Of a stretch of DNA of 64,000 bases, positions 8,384 to 17,566 are shown piece after piece. Below the pieces are notes generated by a model. It worked only from the letters and a program-made list of their open reading frames with translations, did not search any database and was not told the origin of the DNA. This DNA is from an uncultured Candidatus Rokubacteria bacterium. Lineage in GTDB: Bacteria > Methylomirabilota > Methylomirabilia > Rokubacteriales > CSP1-6. A program made the translations under genes and the position numbers. Location: the NCBI GenBank assembly GCA_963771355.1, contig CAVYTA010000006.1, forward strand, positions 1 to 64,000, in the 5' to 3' direction. Each line of letters starts with the position of its first letter. Position 1 is the first letter of the stretch.

Positions 8384-8990
8384 GCTGGAGATGCTTGAAC
8401 TCGTCCACAACGTGCTGTGGAGTCCGCGACCGCTACTTCCCTTCGTTGAAGACCGGAATATCGCAGAAGACGCAGGACCATGGACAGCCGCGTGACGTTT
8501 GCATCGTCGTGAACCGCTCCAGGGAAAGCACGCACGGCACGTCCAGCGGCATCGATTCAACGAAGTCCAGCTTCAGGCTCTCGCGATCCGGAAACGGCCA
8601 CTGATCCAGGTTGCGCTCCATCTTTCGATTCGGATTGCTGACGACCTTACCATCTTTGGCCCAAGTCACACCCTCCACGCCAGCCGGATCATCCATATGC
8701 TCCAAGATGTCGAGAATGAGCTGTTCGCCGTCGCCACGGCAGACGAAGTCCACTTCGGGGCATTGTTGCTTCACCAACGGGGCGTTGAGACTGGCAAATA
8801 CGCCGCCGAACGCCAGCTTCACTGTGCGGTTGGCCGCGCGGATGTCGCGAGCGGGAAGCTTGGCGTACGGATAACTGGTGGTGCTGAGGAAACCGAACCC
8901 TACCAGCGCCGGTTGTTTCCGCTGGATCTCCCCAGTGATGACCGCGTGGGGCGTTTCGGGATTGGCCTGATCGAACATCACCCAATGGGC
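8384..8990 (-). pseudogene. internal fragment of B12-binding radical SAM protein
   Basis: FGGVFAS, VDFVCRGDGEQ, TSRGCPWSCVFC; in-frame TAG at 8433-8435, then RSRTPQHVVDEFKHLQ, then truncation. Confidence 0.85.
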
Positions 8991-9535
8991 CAAAGACTTC
9001 TTCAACGGCTTCATTCATAACTCGGCTCGCGCCGCGCAATGCTACCGTATTCGCCCGGTAGCTCTTCATTACCCCGGAGGAGTCCCGCGGGGCCTTTTCC
9101 AGCGCTTCGATCATGTCCATCAATGATCGGATCTATTCCCGTTCAACGAGTTCTACGAGGCCAGGCGTTGGACATCCTGAGCACTTAGGCGAGAGGAACA
9201 CGACTCCGTGTTTGAAGAACTCTTCGAGTTCCCTCAAATCGGGAGCGTAAAACACTCACAAAAACAACTTGGTGGCCCCAAGAAGCCGCGACGACGTGGA
9301 GTGCCATGGAACTGCGCGGGTTTCTTCCACGTGCGGCGTGACCGTGTCGATGCACTAATTGCCGACTTCATTCCCCCAGGTTTGTAGTTCTCCTCGCAGG
9401 AACGTCGCCCTCGGAAGGCTGACTCCGTCCGCCAAGTGCCCAATCGGATGGACCTCTCCAGTTGGCTCTTCCATTGCACTACATCAATCCCGACCGGGAC
9501 TCGTTTGAAAACATTACTCTTCAAGGAGGGAAGAA

Positions 9536-10049
9536 GTGAAGCGCTTCGCTCGCATCGCACTCGTCGCGCTCACTGTCACGTCTCTGGATGCCCCGCTCGT
9601 CGCGGCTGACCTGCCGCTCGAATTCAAAGGGCATTCGCATCGGGAAGCGCATCACCGACGCCGATCCGCTCGTCAGCGGCCGCCCGGATGCCCGCGTCTC
9701 GTGTGGAAGCCTGCGCGAAGACAGCGCGACCATATGCACGGACGGTGGCGGATGGATGATCGGCGACGTCGCCATCGGCGTGGTCATCATCATCGAAGAC
9801 TACCGGATAGAAGCGCTCGGCATCACCTTCAACCCCGACTCGTGGGACACGGTCTTCCGCGCCTTCACTGGCAAGTATGGCCCCCCCGCGAAGTCGGGAG
9901 CAGAGACCTTTCTGTGGCAGCACGGCGATGGCGCCATCATTGCGACGCGCTACGACAAGGGGAGCGACGACAAGTCCCTCATCTTGCTCGCCAGTAATGC
10001 GTTCCTGCATCGGGTGAAGAGGGCGACCCCCCCCGCGAGCGGACCGTGA
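9536..10049 (+). CDS. exported hypothetical protein, frameshift near 9630
   Basis: AAGGAGG RBS, signal peptide MKRFARIALVAL..., continues in adjacent frame after LEFKG. Confidence 0.55.
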
Positions 10050-10059
10050 AGGATCTTGC

Positions 10060-10194
10060 CTAGCGGCTCAGGATCTCCAGCGCCTTGCCCTCGTAGAATT
10101 CCACGGCCCGCTTGAGTTGGGCGGGCTTGGTTTGCGCGTACGTCTGTGTCATGTCGATGCGCACGTGGCCGAGCATCGCGCGTACGGCTTCGGG
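10060..10194 (-). pseudogene. C-terminal fragment of a tyrosine recombinase
   Basis: own translation PEAVRAMLGHVRIDMTQTYAQTKPAQLKRAVEFYEGKALEILSR* contains the LGH-x-x-I-x-x-T-x-x-Y box II. Confidence 0.8.
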
Positions 10195-10422
10195 GCAACA
10201 TCCCGTTTGCGATCTTACTTCCTACAACCCGGCGGACAGCAGCCTCGTTCATTTGGCGCCACCTCGACCCGGAAGGATTCGTGAGTTGTCCAAGGTCCGA
10301 CAGCCTGACGTGGGCGGCGCCAGGCGCGGCGTAGGAACTACTGGTACATGTTCGAACCCCTAACGGGATTCGAACCCGATCACTGGACACCTCCTGCGTG
10401 GCAAGCAGCATGCGAGGACCGG

Positions 10423-10698
10423 TTATTGGCGCGCTTCGGATGTCCAGCCGCTCGCTTCCATGCACCTTTGGTACAAGTCGGCTTGTCGCTTGGTATCGGT
10501 GCGGGCGCCGACGGTCATTGGACTTCCGTTGACGCTCCACGACATGCCCCACGCCATCGGAGGCTCCTGCACACAGGCGTAGCTGTCCCGCCTGAACTCG
10601 GCCACGTCCGAGCCAGCCTTGCTGTAGCTATGGATGGGGCCTGTGCAGCCAACGAGCAGCACCGACACCGAGAAGACCAGGGCCGCGAGTCGTGTCAT
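10423..10698 (-). CDS. small lipoprotein
   Basis: GAGGAGG RBS; lipobox LLVGC; RRDSYAC...YQRCMEASGW. Confidence 0.75.
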   Translation of the reverse strand: MTRLAALVFSVSVLLVGCTGPIHSYSKAGSDVAEFRRDSYACVQEPPMAWGMSWSVNGSPMTVGARTDTKRQADLYQRCMEASGWTSEARQ

Positions 10699-11425
10699 GG
10701 CTAGATTCCTCCTCGGGTGATCGTCTGACAGCACGTGATAGGGACGATATAGGACCTTGGCTCTATATCCCCATTGGGCTTCGGGCCGTTTCCCCACTCA
10801 ACGGCGCGCTACGGCCGTCTCTTCGTCCTCAGAAGGTCAGGTAACTCTCTGGGATATGTTCGTCCGTCGCATCGGTCCCGTCGCTGTCCCTGCAGAATTC
10901 GGTGACGTCGTTATCACGTCACAGCTTCCACCGACAATGTTTTGGCACCATCGGAATCGTAGAAGCCACGGCAAGGGCTAGTCGTCGGCTCCTAGTGTGT
11001 TGCCGTCCTCTTGGGGGAGGAACCCGTGGTGGCGGCGCTCAGGCCGCGAGAGCGATGCCCTCCACGCTAAACGCTAGCGACGCGTTCCACCCTCGGAATA
11101 GCCCCCGGGGTCTCGTACCCGCGACAATGGATGGGGGCAGGCGAATGGCGAGTTCTAAACCTGAATCCCGAAGCTGAAGGCGACCGAGCGATAGTTCGCC
11201 TGCAAGTGGTTGCGGGCCCCCGATTTGAACCAGCGACAAGTGACTAGCACCCGCCGGCGGCGGTCGCCCCGCCCCTGGGCCCCGTCACCGTAAAATAACC
11301 GTCCTGAGCCAAGCCTCTCCTCGGCCTCCTAGGACCAAGGTCCTATGTAAGTGGTTCCGGGTGGCCCCTATAGTCAGTCTGCTCCGGTACGACGGCGGTC
11401 GAGCACTGACCAGGAGGATCCCGTG

Positions 11426-11503
11426 ATGAGCGAATGGTGGGCGTTCACGGTGACCGTGGCGGTGACGATCCTGTTCGGGAAGCTCCTGTCCTGGGGAGAG
11501 TAG
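11426..11503 (+). CDS. 25-aa membrane peptide
   Basis: AGGAGG RBS; MSEWWAFTVTVAVTILFGKLLSWGE*. Confidence 0.5.
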   Translation: MSEWWAFTVTVAVTILFGKLLSWGE

Positions 11504-11620
11504 GAGGCCCGACATACGATTCGACCCGGCTCCAGGAACAGACCCGAGCAGCCCAATGTGGTGGCGGGCACTGCGTCGAGCCCCCGCATCGGCCGTTGAC
11601 TCAATTAGAGGAGGCAGGAC

Positions 11621-11934
11621 ATGGCCACTTTGGGGGATTCGTCACCGAGCAAAAGCGCTTGAACGAGGCGCGCGAGGCGCAAATCCCCTGGAACGTGACG
11701 GCAGGTGCGCGGCTACCTCGGCGTCTTCTACAAGACCCGAGAGTGGGTTCTGCCCGCCTCGTGTCACAGCTCGTCGACATCGGAGACCCGGACACTGGGT
11801 ACCGCGATGTTTGCCTCGAACGCGCCCGGATGCTCCTGGGCGAGGTGATGTCCCCGAAAGACGTCGGACGCATCGAGCGCCAGCAGGCCCTCGTGCGCTG
11901 CGGAGAGAGAATTGGGCGCAGGTCCAGGATCTGA
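11621..11934 (+). CDS. hypothetical protein, probable frameshift in G-run near 11632
   Basis: GAGGAGG RBS before ATG; long open frame resumes after homopolymer. Confidence 0.35.
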
Positions 11935-12193
11935 GCGCGCATGTAGGCGATTCGGCCCGCCGTCGTGGTCGTCCCGCGCGGGTATTGCCGCAGCCAGAGC
12001 TCAGCAGTGCGACGGGCCGTGTACGGTTCGCTCGTGGCTTGACCGGCGCCGACCGCGCAGCTACCTCCAGGGCACCCGTTTGAAGTGCGGCACGGGCCTC
12101 GAAGCTTATCGACCGCGAAGGCGCGTTGGTCCTCACCGGATCCTGTACACCTCTGTAAGCGGCTGATCGGCGCCGCTGCGGAGCCGGGTAAAC

Positions 12194-13897
12194 GTGGCGC
12201 CATCAGGCTTCATCCCCAGCATTGCCTGGCTGCGGCACTACCCGCGCGAATGGCTGCGCCCGGACCTGATTGCTGGCCTCACGGCCGCTGCCGTGGTCAT
12301 CCCCAAGGCGATGGCCTACGCTACGATTGCGGGCCTGCCGCTGCAGGTGGGTCTCTACACGGCGATCGTGCCGATGGTCGTCTACGCGCTGCTCGGCACG
12401 TCGCGCCCGCTCAGCGTCAGCACGACCACGACGATCGCGATCCTCTGCGGCGCCGAGCTCGCCCGCGCCGTCCCCGGCGGCGACCCCGGAGCCCTGATCG
12501 CCGCCGGCGCGACGCTCGCGGTCCTTACCGGCGCCATGCTGGTGGCAGCGTCCGTGCTGCGACTCGGCTTCGTCGCCAACTTCATCTCAGAGCCGGTGCT
12601 CACGGGCTTCAAGTCCGGCATCGGGCTGGTGATCGTGATCGACCAGGTCCCCAAGCTGCTCGGAGTGCACATCGAGAAGGCCGGCTTCCTCCGCGACCTG
12701 TTCGCGATCGCACGCGAGCTGCCCCACGCCTCCGTCGCCACGGTCGCGATCGCCGTCTGTCTGCTCGTGCTGATCTTCGGCCTCGAGCACTTTGTCCCGC
12801 GCGCGCCGGCGCCGCTCATCGCGATCGCCGTGGCCATTGTCGCGTCGGGCCTGCTCGGCTTGAGCGACGCTGGTGTGGCGACGGTCGGCAGCCTTCCCGG
12901 CGGCCTGCCGGCACTCGTCTGGCCCCGCTTCGATCTCGTCACGGAGATGTGGCCGGCGGCGGCCGGCATCGCGCTGATGAGCTTCACCGAGACCATCGCG
13001 GCGGCGCGCGCGTTCGGCGCGCCCGGAGAGCCGCGGCCCGTGCCCAACCAGGAGCTGCTTGCCGTTGGGCTGGGAAACGTCGCGGGCGGCTTCCTGGGGG
13101 CAATGCCCGCGGGCGGAGGCACAACGCAGACGGCGGTCAACCGCAAGGCGGGAGCCCGGACCCAGGTGGCCGAGCTTGTCACCGCCGCGGCGGCCGTGGC
13201 GACGCTGCTGCTGTTCGCGCCGGTCATCGCGCTCATGCCGCAGGCGGCGCTGGCGGCGGTGGTGGTCGCGTACTCGTTCGATCTGATCAAACCGGCGGAG
13301 TTCGCGGCGATCCGCCGCGTGCGGCGTATCGAGTTCGCCTGGGCGCTCAGCGCGTTTGCCGGCGTCGTCGTCCTCGGAACGCTCAGGGGCATACTCGTGG
13401 CGGTCGTCGTCTCGCTGCTCGCGCTTGCCCAGCAGGCGTACAACCCGACCGTTTACGCGATGGCCCGCAAGCGCGGCACACAGGTGTACCGCCCGCTCTC
13501 GAGCGAGCATCCGGACGACGAGACCTGGGCGGGGCTGCTGATCCTGCGTATGGAGGGCCGCCTGTTTTTCGCCAACGCGCAGGGCGTGGCCGAGAGGATG
13601 CGCTCGCTCATCGAGCAGGCGAGGCCGTCGGTCGTGGTGCTCGATTGCGGCGCCGTGACGGACATCGAGTACACCGCGGTCAAGATGCTAATCGAGGCGG
13701 AGCGAAATCTGCACGATGCGGGGATCGCGCTCTGGCTGGTGGCGCTCAATCCGGGGGTGCTCGCGGTCGTGCGACGCACCACCCTGGCCGAGACGCTGGG
13801 CCGGGAACGGATGCTCTTCAACCTGGAGACCGCGGTGGAGCGATTCGAGCTGACCGCAATCCATCGACCGTCACCACAGAAAGGGGCTGGTTCATGA
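12194..13897 (+). CDS. sulP: SulP family anion permease with STAS domain
   Basis: DLIAGLTAAAVVIPKAMAYATIAGLP..GLY motif; C-terminal LFFANA...VLDC STAS. Confidence 0.95.
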   Translation: MAPSGFIPSIAWLRHYPREWLRPDLIAGLTAAAVVIPKAMAYATIAGLPLQVGLYTAIVPMVVYALLGTSRPLSVSTTTTIAILCGAELARAVPGGDPGALIAAGATLAVLTGAMLVAASVLRLGFVANFISEPVLTGFKSGIGLVIVIDQVPKLLGVHIEKAGFLRDLFAIARELPHASVATVAIAVCLLVLIFGLEHFVPRAPAPLIAIAVAIVASGLLGLSDAGVATVGSLPGGLPALVWPRFDLVTEMWPAAAGIALMSFTETIAAARAFGAPGEPRPVPNQELLAVGLGNVAGGFLGAMPAGGGTTQTAVNRKAGARTQVAELVTAAAAVATLLLFAPVIALMPQAALAAVVVAYSFDLIKPAEFAAIRRVRRIEFAWALSAFAGVVVLGTLRGILVAVVVSLLALAQQAYNPTVYAMARKRGTQVYRPLSSEHPDDETWAGLLILRMEGRLFFANAQGVAERMRSLIEQARPSVVVLDCGAVTDIEYTAVKMLIEAERNLHDAGIALWLVALNPGVLAVVRRTTLAETLGRERMLFNLETAVERFELTAIHRPSPQKGAGS

Positions 13898-14724
13898 AAG
13901 CGAAGAAGGGCGACAACGGGAAGTCGGACGGGGATAGCGCAGAGCCGACGAAGAAGCTGAAACGCAAGGCCTACGACAAGGAGCTGGCGGGGCTGCACGT
14001 CGAGCTCGTCAAGCTCCAGGAGTGGGTCAAGCACAAAGGGCTGAAGGTCTGCATCGTGTTCGAGGGGCGCGACGGCGCCGGGAAGGGCGGAGTGATCAAG
14101 GCGATCAGCGAGCGGGTGAGCCCGCGTGTTTTTCGCGTGGTCGCGCTCACCGCGCCGACCGAGCGGGAGAAGAGTCAGATGTACGTGCAGCGATACCTGC
14201 CCCACTTGCCGGCCGCGGGTGAAGTCGTGATCTTCGATCGGAGCTGGTACAACCGCGCGGGCGTCGAGCGGGTGATGGGCTTCTGCTCCGAGGAGGAGGT
14301 GGAGAAGTTCCTCGAGGTCGTGCCGGGCGTCGAGAAGGCGATCGTCGAGTCCGGCATCATCCTCATCAAGTACTGGCTGGAAGTGACGATGGAGGAGCAG
14401 ACCCGGCGGCTCGAGTCGCGCATCGACGACGGGCGGAAGATCTGGAAGCTCTCGCCGATGGATCTGAAGTCGTACGGCCGCTGGTACGACTACTCGCGGG
14501 CCCGCGACGACATGTTCGCGGCGACGGACACGAAGTGGGCGCCGTGGCACGTGGCGCGGACCGACGACAAGCGGCGCGGGAGGCTGAACATCATCCGGCA
14601 CCTGCTCAAGCAGGTTCCGTACAAGGACGCGCCGCGCGACAAAGTGAAGCTGCCGAAGCGGCAGAAGCGCCACGGCTACCGCGAGCCCGAGTATCCGTTC
14701 AAGTTCATCCCTGAGAAGTATTGA
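13894..14724 (+). CDS. ppk2: polyphosphate kinase 2
   Basis: FEGRDGAGKGG, FDRSWYNRAGVERVMGFC, WKLSPMD. Confidence 0.96.
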   Translation: MKAKKGDNGKSDGDSAEPTKKLKRKAYDKELAGLHVELVKLQEWVKHKGLKVCIVFEGRDGAGKGGVIKAISERVSPRVFRVVALTAPTEREKSQMYVQRYLPHLPAAGEVVIFDRSWYNRAGVERVMGFCSEEEVEKFLEVVPGVEKAIVESGIILIKYWLEVTMEEQTRRLESRIDDGRKIWKLSPMDLKSYGRWYDYSRARDDMFAATDTKWAPWHVARTDDKRRGRLNIIRHLLKQVPYKDAPRDKVKLPKRQKRHGYREPEYPFKFIPEKY

Positions 14725-14841
14725 TTTGGAGCATGGCCGCGGCGACACAGAACGTTGCTCCTATTTGACCGCAGGGGGGGCCGCATAGTGTGCGGTCCTC
14801 GGCGGCGAGCGGCGCGGCAAGGAGAGTAGCTGAGGCCTGGC

Positions 14842-15582
14842 CTATATGGTTACGACCAAGCCGTCACTGGCGCACTCCTCCGGCACGTTGCCGACCTGAG
14901 CTAGCATCTCCTTGCTCATGTGAGTCAAGATGACACGCTTCGCACCGAATTCGGCGCGGTGTGCGGCGATCGCAGGATAGTTTAAGTGCCACTTGATGGG
15001 CTTCTCGTGAAAGTAGCACTCGGCAATGAAGAGGTCGGCGCCACGAGCGACTCTCGCGACCTCGTCGGTCCATTCTGTGTCGCCGGTGTAGGCGACGATC
15101 TTCCCTGCGACCTCCACTCGTAAGGCGGTGGGGTTCGTCTCTTGCGTATGCCGCGCGCGCTGCGCGGTGACGGTGAGGTCGAGAATGTCGCGCGGTCGTC
15201 CTGGCTCGAGCTCGACCCACTCCAGCGGGAACTTGGGTGTCATCGCCTGAGAGCCAGGAAAGAGAGCTTCCTGAATCTCACCCATGCGCCGCCGCAGGTC
15301 TCGGGGGCCGGCGATGGTCAGCGGACGGTTCCGTTTCGCGCCGAGCATGGCATCCATGAGCAAGAAGGGGACACCGCCGCAGTGGTCGCCATGCAGATGG
15401 GTGAGCAGGATGGCATCGAGGGAGTTGTGGTTAAGGCCCTGCTGCGCCAGGGCGATCAGGGAAGAGGTTCCAAAGTCGATCGCGAACCGCGACTGCGGAC
15501 CCTCTACAACAATGCACGTCTGGAACCGTCCCCCGCTGCCGAAGGAATCTCCGGATCCGACGAATCGAACCGTCACCGCCAC
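14842..15582 (-). CDS. MBL-fold metallo-hydrolase (RNase Z-like)
   Basis: THLHGDHCGG, YTGDT, LTHMS. Confidence 0.9.
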   Translation of the reverse strand: MAVTVRFVGSGDSFGSGGRFQTCIVVEGPQSRFAIDFGTSSLIALAQQGLNHNSLDAILLTHLHGDHCGGVPFLLMDAMLGAKRNRPLTIAGPRDLRRRMGEIQEALFPGSQAMTPKFPLEWVELEPGRPRDILDLTVTAQRARHTQETNPTALRVEVAGKIVAYTGDTEWTDEVARVARGADLFIAECYFHEKPIKWHLNYPAIAAHRAEFGAKRVILTHMSKEMLAQVGNVPEECASDGLVVTI

Positions 15583-15599
15583 TTTAAAGCCTTTCTCAT

Positions 15600-16811
15600 C
15601 TAGATGATGCCGGCGTTCCGCAGGGTCTGGCGCTCGGAGTCCCCAATGTTCAGGAGGGTCTGGAGCACTTCATCGGTGTGCTCGCCGAGGCGCGGGGGTG
15701 GGCGTCGATATCGGACCGGCGTGGCCGACAGCTTTAGCGGACTGCCGATCAGAGGGATCTCGGCCACCGGGTGTGCCATCACGATCTTCATCTCCCGATG
15801 CATCACTTGTGGATCGCGAAAGACGCGGTCGATCGCATTTACCGGCCCGCACGGGAGTCCGGCCTTCTCGAGCCCTTCGACCCAGTGTTCCGTGGTTTCG
15901 CTGCGAGTGAGATCGGACAGTGTCGCGACCAGTTCGTCGCGGTTCCTGAGGCGCTGCGCGTTCGTCGTGAAGCGCGGGTCCTCGGCGAGGTGCGGGACCC
16001 CGGCAAAGTCGCACAGGCGACGGAACTGCTGGTCGTTGTTGGCACCGAGGATGACGTGCCCATCACGGGTCGGGAAGACCTGGTAGGGCACCGTGTTAGG
16101 GTGAGCCGTTCCCCATCGTTTCGGGACGGCTCCAGACAGCAGGTAGTTCAGACCGACGTTGTAGAGCCATCCGACTTGGACATCGAGCAATGCGATGTCG
16201 ATGTGCTGTCCGACGCCGGTTCGGTCCCGGTGGCGCAACGCGCTCAGAATAGCCACGGCCGCGTTGAGCCCGCTCATGACGTCGTTGACCGCGACGCCGA
16301 CCTTCACCGGCGGTCCGTCGGCTTCTCCCGTCACGCTCATGATCCCACCCGCGCCTTGGGCCATGAGGTCATAGCCGGGCCGCGCGGCGTACGGACCACT
16401 CTGACCATAGCCGGTTATGGAGCAATAGATGAGGCGTGCAAAGTTGTCTTGGAGCTGCGCGTAGCCGAGGCCGTAGTCGGCCAATCCGCCGACTTTGAAA
16501 TTCTCGATCAAGACGTCGCAGTGTGCTAGGAGCCGGCGCACCAGAGCGGCTCCTTCTGGAGTTGCAAAGTTGATCGTGACCGACCGCTTGTTGCGGTTAG
16601 CGCTGAGGTAATAGCCACTTTCGTGCGTTTCGCGACCCGCCTCGTCGCGAAGGAAGGGCGGGCCCCACGTGCGCGTTTCGTCGCCCACTCCTGGCCGCTC
16701 TACCTTGATGATCTCGGCGCCGAGGTCGCCCAGCATCTGCGTACAGGAGGGGCCGGCGAGAACGCGGCTGAGATCCAGCACCGTGATGCCGTCGAGCGCG
16801 CCCTCTGTCAT
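15600..16811 (-). CDS. CaiB/BaiF family III CoA-transferase
   Basis: LDLSRVLAGP, DLGAEIIKVERPGVGDETR, NRNKRS, PGYD. Confidence 0.95.
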   Translation of the reverse strand: MTEGALDGITVLDLSRVLAGPSCTQMLGDLGAEIIKVERPGVGDETRTWGPPFLRDEAGRETHESGYYLSANRNKRSVTINFATPEGAALVRRLLAHCDVLIENFKVGGLADYGLGYAQLQDNFARLIYCSITGYGQSGPYAARPGYDLMAQGAGGIMSVTGEADGPPVKVGVAVNDVMSGLNAAVAILSALRHRDRTGVGQHIDIALLDVQVGWLYNVGLNYLLSGAVPKRWGTAHPNTVPYQVFPTRDGHVILGANNDQQFRRLCDFAGVPHLAEDPRFTTNAQRLRNRDELVATLSDLTRSETTEHWVEGLEKAGLPCGPVNAIDRVFRDPQVMHREMKIVMAHPVAEIPLIGSPLKLSATPVRYRRPPPRLGEHTDEVLQTLLNIGDSERQTLRNAGII

Positions 16812-16947
16812 GGGATCGAAGGGTACGCCACGGCGGTACTGAAGGAAAATAAAAAAACGTAAGGGCAGCTTAACGTACAGCCAATGAACTTCTCGCACCT
16901 ACACGCGTTCGAGGCGCTGGCCCGTACGGGGAGCGTCACGCGGCGCC

Positions 16948-17518
16948 CTCGAGCTCGTCCACACCCCGGAGCCCTGCCCGCGATTGAGCGCGGGTTGAAG
17001 CGAGCGCGCGAGAAGTAGCGGCATCCCCGCCCTCCGCAATTCTGTGTTTGAAGAAGCAGGGAATGTCCTCAATCACTCTGGCGCTCGGCCAGACGGTGCG
17101 CGAATATGGGTCATCCGGAGGTGAAACACGATGATCCGCCTCGGACTGAGACCATTCGCGGGCTGGCGAGTCAATCAGGGCCGTGAATCCACGCCGGGTA
17201 TACAGCGCGTCGAGCATCGTGAGGACCCGTCCCCAGGAGAACGCGGGTGGAGACGGAAACGACGGAGAGTCAACCCCATGATGATTGTCGCGGGAGTCGC
17301 TGCGTTTAATACCGTCGCGAGCGTGGTCGCGGGCGGGCCGGACTGGTGGACGCGCGCATGGGCGGTCGCGCTCGTGGTCGCGTTGCTGCTGATGCTCGTC
17401 ACAATCGTGCGCGGTGTGTAGCGCTCGGAGCTTTATCCGGTCTTCACTGGCCTTCTGACGGACATCTGCGCCCGTCCGCTCCGCTATCCGACCGACCTGG
17501 AGACGTAGCGGCGTCACG
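16948..17518 (+). repeat. ~570 bp imperfect direct repeat, copy 2
   Basis: matches 5513-6084. Confidence 0.92.
17131..17421 (+). CDS. small two-TM membrane protein (intact copy, 96 aa)
   Basis: GGAGGT RBS; basic RRKRRR then two hydrophobic segments. Confidence 0.6.
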   Translation: MIRLGLRPFAGWRVNQGRESTPGIQRVEHREDPSPGERGWRRKRRRVNPMMIVAGVAAFNTVASVVAGGPDWWTRAWAVALVVALLLMLVTIVRGV

Positions 17519-17566
17519 GCCACTCCCACGGCCCCTCGAGCAGCCGCGTGAGATCCTGGCGGCTCG

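Noticed and set aside
8433..8435. Amber readthrough (pyrrolysine) in the radical SAM fragment
   Set aside because: The gene is truncated at both ends and no pyl genes are visible; a nonsense mutation is simpler.
12085..14724. 879-aa ORF as a long PPK2 fusion
   Set aside because: The N-terminal part is an off-frame shadow of sulP; ppk2 starts at 13894.
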